Shown here: piece after piece, positions 18,933 through 27,259 of the stretch | Numbering within the stretch: the stretch's first letter is position 1 | Layout: each line of letters begins with the position of its first letter | Assembly: GCF_000803625.1 (NCBI RefSeq) | Contig: NZ_CP007496.1 | Coordinates: 510,001-542,000, forward strand | Reading direction: 5' to 3' | Length of the DNA stretch: 32,000 bases | DNA from: Candidatus Nanosynbacter lyticus | Lineage (GTDB): Bacteria; Patescibacteriota; Saccharimonadia; Saccharimonadales; Saccharimonadaceae | Program-made: the position numbers and the translations under genes | Notes under the pieces: model-generated | Database searches by the model: none | What the model saw: the letters and a program-made list of their open reading frames with translations, nothing else | Told to the model about the DNA's origin: nothing

Positions 18933-20796
18933 TACGACGAATTCCGGCCGCGCTGGACTCTTCTTTAGTAATCTTAAAGCGCTTACCATCTTCATTCAGA
19001 ATTCCAGTATGATCAACGTGCGGGCCGCCGCAAACCTCAAAACTAATAATATTGTCATCTTCACCAATTGAATAAACCTTAACTTCTTCACCATAGCGCT
19101 CACCAAATGCACCAATAGCGCCCATTTTTAGTGCTTCTTCAGTTGGATAGACGGCAAACTTAACAGGCAAATCAGCATCAATCCAAGCGTTAACCTGATC
19201 TTCAACAGCCTGTTTTTCTTCCAAAGTCAATTTATCATGATTAAAATCAAAGCGCAGACGATCAGCGGTAATATTACTACCGTGCTGCTGCAAATCCGGC
19301 GCATTGAGGACTTTGCGAAGCGCCGCGCCCAATAAGTGTGTTGCCGTATGATACTTAAGATGAATTGGGTCGTGACCCTCGAGACCACCGCTAAATTGCC
19401 CCTTGCGGGCCGTCTTGGAGCGTTGGCGCTGCTCAGCCATCTTAGCATTAAATTCAGCACGCCAATTATCGGAAAGTTTGATGCCTTGCTTATGCGCCTC
19501 CTCAGTGCTCAGTTCCACTGGAAAACCAAAAGTGTCATACAAAGTAAATAGCTCCTCACCAGTCAGGCCATCATCAATATAATGCTGCATTTGTCTCAGG
19601 CCTTTGCGTAGTGTTTGACGGAAGGCTTTTTCTTCCTTGACCAACACAGCGATAATTTGCTCGCGACTCTCCTTAACCTCTGGAAAATCTGCTTCATATA
19701 AATTAGCAATCACTGGCACAACTTCTTGCATAAAGTTCTGCTCAATCCCCAGGTCAAAACTATAGCGAATCGCCCGGCGCAACAATCGGCGCATTACGTA
19801 GCCCTGCTCCTTATTACTCGGCACACAGCCATCAACCGCCATAAAAGTAGCAGCCCTGAGGTGATCAGCAATCACACGCATGCTTTCGGTATGCGAATCA
19901 TAATTTTTGCCACTCAAATCCTGCAATTTTTCAATAATTGGCCACAATAGGCTAATCTTGAAAACATCAGGGTCGTTATTAGATGCTGCCGCGATGCGCT
20001 CCAGGCCCGAACCGTGGTCTATATTTGGTTTTTCTAATGATTCAAACACACCATCAGCCACCTTTTTATAGGCCATAAAGACATTATTGCCGATTTCCAT
20101 AAAGCGCCCACAGTCGCAGTTCGGATGGCAATGTTCGCCAAATTTTGGATCATGCTCGATGAAATCGAACTCATAAAACATCTCGCTATCTGGCCCGCAC
20201 GGATCCCCAATTGGTGTAGTCTCCGGCCCGCCGTTGCGGCTCCACCAGTTCTTGCTGCCATCATAGTAAAAAATCCGCTCGCCCGGTTTAATACCGCGCG
20301 CATAACCGGCCTGTTCCGAACCAATATCAGCTTGACTGCTACTCAAGCCTGCTTTTTCGTATAGTTCCGCCCAAATCTCCGCCGCCTCAGTGTCTTTCGG
20401 GATATTATAGCGTTCATCGCCGATGTAACAGGTGACATAAACCCGGTTCATATCTAGCCCAACCTCTTCCGACAAAAATTGCCACATCCAATTAATCTGC
20501 TCTTTTTTGAAATAATCACCCAAACTCCAGTTACCGAGCATCTCAAAAAACGTCGTATGACGATTGTCACCAATGTCATCAATATCCTGCGCCCGTAAAC
20601 ACGACTGCGAATCGGCAATTCGCTTCCCCTCAGAGTGTGGCTCACCAAGCAGATAAGGAATCATCGGCTGCATACCCGCACCGGTAAATAGAGTAGTTGG
20701 ATCATTGGTGAGAATTAACGGGGCGCGCTTAATCACAGCATGTCCATTGCGTTGATAAAAATCGAGGTATTTTTGTCGGATATCTTGAGCTTTCAT
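18913..20796 (-). CDS. alaS: Alanyl-tRNA synthetase, short form
   Basis: TTLFTGAGMQPMIPYLLGEPH, FFEMLGNWSLGDYFK, HTATHLLGAALRKVL (HxxxH) and FEVCGGPHVDHTG (CxxxH). It ends at 627 aa, just after the editing domain. Confidence 0.97.
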   Translation of the reverse strand: MKAQDIRQKYLDFYQRNGHAVIKRAPLILTNDPTTLFTGAGMQPMIPYLLGEPHSEGKRIADSQSCLRAQDIDDIGDNRHTTFFEMLGNWSLGDYFKKEQINWMWQFLSEEVGLDMNRVYVTCYIGDERYNIPKDTEAAEIWAELYEKAGLSSSQADIGSEQAGYARGIKPGERIFYYDGSKNWWSRNGGPETTPIGDPCGPDSEMFYEFDFIEHDPKFGEHCHPNCDCGRFMEIGNNVFMAYKKVADGVFESLEKPNIDHGSGLERIAAASNNDPDVFKISLLWPIIEKLQDLSGKNYDSHTESMRVIADHLRAATFMAVDGCVPSNKEQGYVMRRLLRRAIRYSFDLGIEQNFMQEVVPVIANLYEADFPEVKESREQIIAVLVKEEKAFRQTLRKGLRQMQHYIDDGLTGEELFTLYDTFGFPVELSTEEAHKQGIKLSDNWRAEFNAKMAEQRQRSKTARKGQFSGGLEGHDPIHLKYHTATHLLGAALRKVLNAPDLQQHGSNITADRLRFDFNHDKLTLEEKQAVEDQVNAWIDADLPVKFAVYPTEEALKMGAIGAFGERYGEEVKVYSIGEDDNIISFEVCGGPHVDHTGILNEDGKRFKITKEESSAAGIRRIKAVLR

Positions 20797-20816
20797 ATCT
20801 GTTAATTATACCATAA

Positions 20817-20843
20817 CATAAAATCGCCCCAAAACGAGGCGAT
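20817..20843 (-). terminator. Candidate intrinsic terminator of rpsP
   Basis: Minus strand ATCGCC-9 nt-GGCGAT followed by TTTATG. The U-tract is weak. Confidence 0.45.
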
Positions 20844-20861
20844 CTCAAATAGCTCAAATGA

Positions 20862-21212
20862 TTATTCAGCAGCGACTTCAGCTGGAGCTTCTTCTTTTGG
20901 CTGATTTTTACGCAGTTTTTCTGGGTTGCGAATCGCCTTATGTTTGTCAGCTGCAACTTCCTTAATCCACTTTGGCAACTTAACACCAGCTTCCTTAAGC
21001 AGTTTAACTACACGTGGGGTTGGCTGAGCGCCATTGTCCAAATATTTCTGAGCTAGTTCAGCCTGGATATTTGATTCTTTAGTGTGTGGGTTATAGCTAC
21101 CGACGTAAGCGACTACACGACCGCTTGATGGATGACGATGCGCTTCTTGTACCGCCAAGCGATATACTGGGTAACCTTTGCGACCTAGACGTTGCAAACG
21201 AATTGCTAGCAT
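20862..21212 (-). CDS. rpsP: Ribosomal protein bS16 with C-terminal extension
   Basis: MLAIRLQRLGRKGYPVYRLAVQEAHRHPSSGRVVAYVGSYNP. The tail KNQPKEEAPAEVAAE is low complexity. Confidence 0.96.
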   Translation of the reverse strand: MLAIRLQRLGRKGYPVYRLAVQEAHRHPSSGRVVAYVGSYNPHTKESNIQAELAQKYLDNGAQPTPRVVKLLKEAGVKLPKWIKEVAADKHKAIRNPEKLRKNQPKEEAPAEVAAE

Positions 21213-21288
21213 AAAATTAATTCTTCCTTTAACTCTACGTTTTATTATTCCTTACTTTAGAACAGTTTACACTATTTTTTACATAACG

Positions 21289-22323
21289 TCAATCTGTTTT
21301 CACAATTCCACCACCCAAACATTCCTGGCCACCATATATTACAGCAGACTGCCCGGGCGCTATTGCACGCTCAGGGGAGGAGAGATAGACAATATCACCG
21401 TCAATTCTCGCGTCAATCAGAGCTCCTCGGTGACGCAATCTAACCTGCACAGTTTCATCTTTCTCAGGCGGTCGGTTAATCCAATGCATATCGGTTAATG
21501 TCAATTCTTTACGCCACAAATTACCATTATCAATTGAGCGCGATACATAAACCTCGTTTTTATCCATATCTTTACCGATGACATAATACGGCAAACCACC
21601 ACCAACATTTAAACCATGCCGCTGTCCCAATGTGTAAAATATTGCGCCGTCGTGCCTGCCAATGATCACGCCTGTTTGCTGATCAATAATATTACCCGGC
21701 TTAGATTCAATATATTCTGACAAAAACTCGCGAATTCCCACCTGCCCGACAAAACAAATCCCCATCGATTCCTTTTTGCTAGCCGTCCACAAGCCCCGCT
21801 CTTTAGCCATCTCGCGTACCTCAGCCTTAGTAAAATCACCCAGCGGGAACATAGTCTTTGCCAGCGCCTCGGACGTCACCCGGTACAGGAAATAGGTTTG
21901 GTCTTTGTTGTCATCGTGCGCCCGGAGCAAACACCCCTCGCTCGTCCTGGCATAATGCCCCGTCGCGATATACTCCGTACCCGCTGCCAACGCCGCCTCT
22001 AAAAACAACTTAAATTTAACCTCTTGATTACACATGACATCAGGGTTTGGCGTGCGACCTGCTTGGTATTCGCGGATCATATAGTCAACAACATTTTGCT
22101 TGTACTCTTTTTGAAAATCAAACACCTGAAAATCAATTCCCAGCCCCACCGCCACGCGCTTGGCGTCAGCCACATCTTCCGCCCACGGACAGTGCATACC
22201 CGGTAAATCTTCCGACCAGTTTTTCATATACACACCAGTTACGTCGTGGCCTTGTTCAACCAATAGCGCTGCCGCCACTGACGAATCAACGCCGCCCGAC
22301 ATGCCAACAAATACCCTGCTCAC
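21289..22323 (-). CDS. mnmA: tRNA-specific 2-thiouridylase MnmA
   Basis: VFVGMSGGVDSSVAAALL, TPNPDVMCNQEVKF, GHYAR, SMGICFVG, and YTLGQRHGLNVGGG. GTG start overlapping the upstream stop (GTGA). Confidence 0.97.
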   Translation of the reverse strand: MSRVFVGMSGGVDSSVAAALLVEQGHDVTGVYMKNWSEDLPGMHCPWAEDVADAKRVAVGLGIDFQVFDFQKEYKQNVVDYMIREYQAGRTPNPDVMCNQEVKFKLFLEAALAAGTEYIATGHYARTSEGCLLRAHDDNKDQTYFLYRVTSEALAKTMFPLGDFTKAEVREMAKERGLWTASKKESMGICFVGQVGIREFLSEYIESKPGNIIDQQTGVIIGRHDGAIFYTLGQRHGLNVGGGLPYYVIGKDMDKNEVYVSRSIDNGNLWRKELTLTDMHWINRPPEKDETVQVRLRHRGALIDARIDGDIVYLSSPERAIAPGQSAVIYGGQECLGGGIVKTD

Positions 22324-22916
22324 CTTGACAGCCCCAGAGCAAACAGCCCAATTCTCATTAATTCACCTAAAGCCAGCCACCAGCCCCATGGCGTCAGCCA
22401 CCACCACGGACTCCAGCTTTTATCATAAACAACTGGATGGCTTCGAATTTTTACATCCTGAAATTGCGATGAAAACTCAAGTTTTGCACGCCGCATATGA
22501 TAACCGCTCGTCACTAAAATAACATCCTTAATTTTTCTCGAATCAATAATCTTTTTTACCTCAGTAGCATTTTGTTTGGTGGTCTCAGAAGATTCTTCCA
22601 TGACAATAGCGCTCTTAGGGACGCCGCTATTAACCGCCCTCTGATACATAGCCTTGGCATTTGACGGACCAGACTTATCCGCTGCAGCACCCGAAACAAT
22701 AATTAATGGCGCCCAGTCTGTCTTATATAATTTAATCGCCTCGTCAGTTCGTGCATTTGTATCACCGCCGCTTACCACTATAATAGCATCGGCCATACGG
22801 CAATCGCCATCACCTGGAGCATCACACTTTTCTAAATCATTTGGCGATAAATAAACACTAAGTCCAAACACAACTATCGCCGTAAAAATCACCAAACCGA
22901 TTATCTTATGAATCAC
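22320..22916 (-). CDS. YdcF/ElyC-family (DUF218) membrane protein
   Basis: DAIIVVSGGDTNARTDEAIKLY, IIVSGAA, and ILVTSGYHMRRAKLEF, with terminal hydrophobic segments. GTG start overlapping the upstream stop. Confidence 0.88.
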   Translation of the reverse strand: MIHKIIGLVIFTAIVVFGLSVYLSPNDLEKCDAPGDGDCRMADAIIVVSGGDTNARTDEAIKLYKTDWAPLIIVSGAAADKSGPSNAKAMYQRAVNSGVPKSAIVMEESSETTKQNATEVKKIIDSRKIKDVILVTSGYHMRRAKLEFSSQFQDVKIRSHPVVYDKSWSPWWWLTPWGWWLALGELMRIGLFALGLSR

Positions 22917-24070
22917 CGACTAACCCTTTCAGTCTCTAAACGTACCGCCTCGATAATTAATTGGCTAGCCAACTTAATATTATCTTCATTATTCAATTTT
23001 CCTAAAGTTAGCCTTAAGCTGCCGCCAATTTCTGATTCGCTTAGGCCAATACTCGACAGCACATGGGAGCGCGTACCAGAATTGGCTGCGCAAGCACTTC
23101 CCGTGGCCACCAACACACCGCGACTCTCTAATAAGAAAATCAGCCGCTCAGCATCCAACCCAGGAAATGAAATATTCAGAAAGCTTACTAGACTTTTTTT
23201 CATATCTGAAGATGTGACAATTTCTGGAAAAGCCTGTCGTAAATCTTTTACCAATTCTTCTCGCAATTTTCGTAACCGCTTAATTTCCGCAGAACGTCGT
23301 TTTTGCGCCAGCTCTAGAGCGGTCGCGAATCCCACTACACCAGCCACATTCTCTGTACCGCTACGCAAACCCAACTCCTGACCACCACCTAAAATATTAG
23401 CAGATAAGATAACGCCCGGACGAACCCAAAGTAGTCCAACCTGCTTTGGACCATAAACTTTTGCGGCCGAAAGAGTGAGCAGATCAACACCAAGGCGCTT
23501 AATCTTCACGTCAATTAAAGCTGCTGCCTGTGAAGCATCGGTATGAAAAACCAATGGCGTTGATTCGCCAGCATCCTGACGCCTGAGTCGCTCAGTTTTT
23601 ATGATTTCTGCGATTTCTTCAATTGGCTGAATATAACCCAACTCATGATTCACCAGCGCAATACTGATAAAACTAACATCTGGCGTTAGCATTTTTTTCA
23701 CCAGCTGCGGATCAATGCGACCATTTTTCATCGGCTGGATAAATCGAACTTCCGAACGTGCCTTTGCGGAATTAATAACCGCGTCATGCTCAATAGCCGA
23801 TATTAAGCTCACACCACCAGCTGCATTAAACGCCAAATTGATAGACTCCGTCGCGCCCGCCGTCATTATCAGTTCATCAGCCATCACCCCAAGACAGCGA
23901 GCTAATCGTGATTTTGCTTGCTGGTATTCACGCTTAGTGAATATCGCCGGAGCATAAGGACTAGACGGATTGAAAAACTTCTCAGAAAAATATGGCAACA
24001 TAGCCTCAATCACCAACGGATCCATCGGCGTAGCAGCGGCATGATCAAGATAAATATAATCTCTATTCAC
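22913..24070 (-). CDS. Cysteine desulfurase (NifS/IscS family)
   Basis: YIYLDHAAATPMDP, EHDAVINSA, HTDASQAAALIDVKIKRLGVDLLTLSAAKVYGPK (PLP lysine), RSGTENVAG, and TGSACAANSGTRSHVL (catalytic Cys). GTG start. Confidence 0.95.
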   Translation of the reverse strand: MNRDYIYLDHAAATPMDPLVIEAMLPYFSEKFFNPSSPYAPAIFTKREYQQAKSRLARCLGVMADELIMTAGATESINLAFNAAGGVSLISAIEHDAVINSAKARSEVRFIQPMKNGRIDPQLVKKMLTPDVSFISIALVNHELGYIQPIEEIAEIIKTERLRRQDAGESTPLVFHTDASQAAALIDVKIKRLGVDLLTLSAAKVYGPKQVGLLWVRPGVILSANILGGGQELGLRSGTENVAGVVGFATALELAQKRRSAEIKRLRKLREELVKDLRQAFPEIVTSSDMKKSLVSFLNISFPGLDAERLIFLLESRGVLVATGSACAANSGTRSHVLSSIGLSESEIGGSLRLTLGKLNNEDNIKLASQLIIEAVRLETERVSR

Positions 24071-24082
24071 TTTTTTATTATA

Positions 24083-24520
24083 TCAGAGCGGCTGACCGGT
24101 TTGCGGGTCTTTCTTATAGAGCTGCCGAGAAACTCGCTCGTAATATTCCTTAGTCGCTAAGATAAAGTTCTGAAGTTCAGCGCCCTCTAGGTAAGTGTAT
24201 TGATAATTTGGCTGAATTTTCAAAATTCCTTTTGCCTGAATTTCATAACGCGTTGTCAACTCTTGCCGACCGCCTTTACCATCAGATACTTCCTCATACC
24301 AGATCCAGGTATCTTTGTCCAAGTTAAAGAACTCACGACGCGTCACATGCGCTGGCTTCTCACCAAAAATCGTCGCGCCAATTTCACTTTCCAGCTGAAT
24401 TAATTCACGCTCAGTGAATTTCTTTAAGGGCCGATCTTTTTTACGAAACTTTAATAATGATGCTGCGTCGCTATCGTCAGCAAAAACCAAACCTCGTACT
24501 TTTTTTAATAAACGAGGCAT
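24083..24520 (-). CDS. Conserved-looking hypothetical protein, 145 aa
   Basis: Uninterrupted ORF in a gene string, with GAGGTG SD-like sequence upstream of the ATG. No family recognised. Confidence 0.65.
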   Translation of the reverse strand: MPRLLKKVRGLVFADDSDAASLLKFRKKDRPLKKFTERELIQLESEIGATIFGEKPAHVTRREFFNLDKDTWIWYEEVSDGKGGRQELTTRYEIQAKGILKIQPNYQYTYLEGAELQNFILATKEYYERVSRQLYKKDPQTGQPL

Positions 24521-24817
24521 TTATAACACCTCGTTAGTTTTAGCTTTTCGAAGCTCCGCCAACAAATTACCAATTTTCAATGGAATTTTAGTAGGATCAG
24601 CGTCGGGCTTATTAAGCTTATTTCTATAATCAGCAAAAGATTTATTGACATTATTTTCAATAGGTCCTTGATTCATCGCAACCTTACCAAATTTCAAATT
24701 AGAATCAGTGTTAATCTTATTTTTTGCACAATCAGGAAAAACAGCGTTAACTGCTTCGCGAGCTCCAACTTCAGATGTTTTTGTAACACATTTAACACGT
24801 TCCAGCGTAATATTCAT
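24521..24817 (-). CDS. Hypothetical protein, about 98 aa
   Basis: ORF between tatD and the 145-aa gene. The ATG start MNITLER (24817) is preferred because GGAG precedes it; the track uses TTG at 24832. Confidence 0.6.
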   Translation of the reverse strand: MNITLERVKCVTKTSEVGAREAVNAVFPDCAKNKINTDSNLKFGKVAMNQGPIENNVNKSFADYRNKLNKPDADPTKIPLKIGNLLAELRKAKTNEVL

Positions 24818-24828
24818 TTTCTCCACTT

Positions 24829-25647
24829 TCAAATGCCAAAAAGCTGTTTTGTATTACGGACAGTGACTTCACTTAGGACATTGAAATCAATATTTCGCTT
24901 CTCCGCCCAATATTTTGCCACCAACTCCACGTATTCTGGCTTATTTATCTTACCACGAAATGGCTTTGGCGTCAAGAATGGAGCGTCAGTTTCCACCAAT
25001 AGCCGATCTAGGGGAATTGTGGCAAATAATTCCTGCTGCGCCTGCACCTTCGTAAACGTGCTAATTCCGTTAAGTCCTACGTACAAATTCCGCGAAAAAC
25101 CCTTCTCCAGATTGGCGCGTGTATCAGTAAAACTATGTAGTACGCCGCGCAGCCCATGAAAATTATCAAAAATCGGCCAAAAATCATCCCACACCGACGG
25201 CTGATCAGGCGCACCATCACGAATGTGAAAGCTTACCGGCAAATCATAATCCACCGCCAGCTGCAGCTGCGCCTCCAGCGCCTGAATTTGCACCTCGCGC
25301 GGACTGTGATTGTAATAATAATCAAGCCCAATTTCGCCAATCGCTACAATTGGTGAATCCTCTGCCTTTTCTTTTACCAGCCGCTCTATCTCACCCCAAC
25401 CGTCCTTGCTGTCATGCGGATGAACGCCGACTGCTGCCCACACATAATCGTGGTTAGCGGCAAATTCCACCGCCTGTTGGCTACTACGCTCGTCAGTACC
25501 AACACAAATCATACCGATGCCCGCGGTGATTGACTGACTATAAAATTCCTCACGATTGTCCGCAAAAAATTCAGTGTCGTGCAAGTGACAATGCGAATCA
25601 ATCAAACGTAAATCTGTCACCGCGTGATGCTCCGCTACTGAATTCAT
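24829..25647 (-). CDS. tatD: TatD-family metal-dependent hydrolase/DNase
   Basis: LIDSHCHLHDTEFF, AVGVHPHDSKD, IGEIGLDYYYN, VSFHIRD, LVETDAPFLTPKPFRGK, and EVTVRNTKQLFG. Confidence 0.94.
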   Translation of the reverse strand: MNSVAEHHAVTDLRLIDSHCHLHDTEFFADNREEFYSQSITAGIGMICVGTDERSSQQAVEFAANHDYVWAAVGVHPHDSKDGWGEIERLVKEKAEDSPIVAIGEIGLDYYYNHSPREVQIQALEAQLQLAVDYDLPVSFHIRDGAPDQPSVWDDFWPIFDNFHGLRGVLHSFTDTRANLEKGFSRNLYVGLNGISTFTKVQAQQELFATIPLDRLLVETDAPFLTPKPFRGKINKPEYVELVAKYWAEKRNIDFNVLSEVTVRNTKQLFGI

Positions 25648-25649
25648 GG

Positions 25650-27161
25650 TTATTTTCCTTGGACTTCTACTTTTGGTGCGCGCGGATCGGGCGTATGAAG
25701 ATATTTGCGCGGGAATAATGGCGTCAATTCCGACGGCACGACACCACTAGCAAACATCTCATGAATTTTCTCAGCAGTCTGCGGCATAAATGGTCGTAGC
25801 ATATCAGAAACTTGCAATAATGCACCGCAAGCATGCGCTAAAATCTCGCCCAGATGCGCCTCTGCCTCTGGATCTTTGTCACGATTTTTTGCGACTTGCC
25901 ATGGCTGGACACGCTCAATATATTGGTTCAATGTGCGAATAATTCGCCAAATCTCATCCATAGCCTGATCAAACATAAAACCCTCCATCGCCTGGCGGTA
26001 CGGACCCATGTCATGTTCGGCTTGCGGCGCATCGCCGATGACGCCGGCTTGGTACGACTGCACCATCTTGGCCACGCGCTGCACCAAATTACCCAGGTCA
26101 TTACCCAGCTCGCCGTTATACGCTGCCTCAAATTTCTCCCATGTAAAGTCGCCATCATCCTGAGTTGGCACGTGGCGCAGGAAATAATAGCGGAAGGCCT
26201 CGACACCGTAGTGCGGGATGATATCAGCTGGTCCGACACCATTACCGAGGCTCTTACTCATTTTGGCGCCACCAACGTTGATAAATCCATGTACCAACAA
26301 CACTTTCGGTAGCGGCAAATCCAGTGCTATCAACATCGCCGGCCAAATCCCAGCATGGAAACGAAGAATGTCCTTGCCGATCACCTGCACATTTGCTGGC
26401 CAAAAACTCTGCCACTCCTCTGGCCGGTCAGGGTAGCCAATGACCGTAATGTAATTACTCAGTGCATCCAGCCAGACATACATCACCTGCGTATCATCGC
26501 CCGGCACTGGCACACCCCAGCTCAAATTCTTTCGCGGACGCGAAATTGACACGTCTTTCAAGCCATCTTTCATCAATTCCAAAAACTCTTTTTTGCGGAA
26601 TTCAGGTACAATTTTCATCTTGTTTGACTCAATCGCCTGGCGAATTTTGTCCGAAAAAGCACTGGTCTTAAAATAATAATTTTCCTCGCTCAGCCGCTGA
26701 TATGGCGCCTGGTGATCAGGACAACTACCATTATTTTCAGCTGCTTCTTTGTCAGTGACGAACGCCTCGCAGCCCTGACAATACCAGCCCTCATAAGTAC
26801 CTTTGTAGATGTAGCCGGCCGCAGCAAGTTTCTGCCAAATATACTGCACCGCACCAACGTGATGTGGGTCAGTTGTGCGGATAAAATCCGTCGCCGAAAT
26901 GTTCAGCTCAGCGATCATATTCTGAAAATTGACATGCATTTGATCGACATAGGCTTGTGGTGTTTGATTTTGACTGGCAGCCTTGGCAGCAATTTTATTA
27001 CCATGCTCATCCACACCTGTCTGAAAACGCACCTCGCGGCCATTTTGCCGCTGATATCGCGCCCATACATCTGCCAACATATAATCCATGGCGTGCCCGA
27101 TGTGCGGCAAACCGTTGACATAAGGAATAGCGGTAGTGATGTAGGCGTGTTGTTTAGTCAT
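25650..27161 (-). CDS. metG: Methionyl-tRNA synthetase
   Basis: YITTAIPYVNGLPHIGHAMDYMLADV, CQGCEAF and CPDH zinc knuckle region, and GGAKMSKSLGNG. Start at MTKQH, with TATAAT 6 nt upstream. Confidence 0.97.
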   Translation of the reverse strand: MTKQHAYITTAIPYVNGLPHIGHAMDYMLADVWARYQRQNGREVRFQTGVDEHGNKIAAKAASQNQTPQAYVDQMHVNFQNMIAELNISATDFIRTTDPHHVGAVQYIWQKLAAAGYIYKGTYEGWYCQGCEAFVTDKEAAENNGSCPDHQAPYQRLSEENYYFKTSAFSDKIRQAIESNKMKIVPEFRKKEFLELMKDGLKDVSISRPRKNLSWGVPVPGDDTQVMYVWLDALSNYITVIGYPDRPEEWQSFWPANVQVIGKDILRFHAGIWPAMLIALDLPLPKVLLVHGFINVGGAKMSKSLGNGVGPADIIPHYGVEAFRYYFLRHVPTQDDGDFTWEKFEAAYNGELGNDLGNLVQRVAKMVQSYQAGVIGDAPQAEHDMGPYRQAMEGFMFDQAMDEIWRIIRTLNQYIERVQPWQVAKNRDKDPEAEAHLGEILAHACGALLQVSDMLRPFMPQTAEKIHEMFASGVVPSELTPLFPRKYLHTPDPRAPKVEVQGK

Positions 27162-27224
27162 AGGTAAATTATAGCAAATTAAACAGAGTATCTCCACCAG
27201 GTGACCATATTAAACAATATTTGT

Positions 27225-27257
27225 TATAATGGTAATTGCAATAATACTTAGGAGGAG
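27225..27257 (+). promoter_or_regulatory. Extended -10 promoter plus Shine-Dalgarno for the 27260 gene
   Basis: TGTTATAAT (-10 at 27225-27230) and AGGAGGAG at 27250-27257. Confidence 0.6.
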
Positions 27258-27259
27258 TA

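Noticed and set aside
22908-25159. Plus-strand ORFs of 157 and 163 aa opposite the desulfurase and the tatD/hypothetical genes
   Set aside because: Antisense to well-supported or better-supported genes, with no recognisable family.
26712-27167. 151-aa plus-strand ORF opposite metG
   Set aside because: MetRS is certain on the minus strand; this has no independent support.
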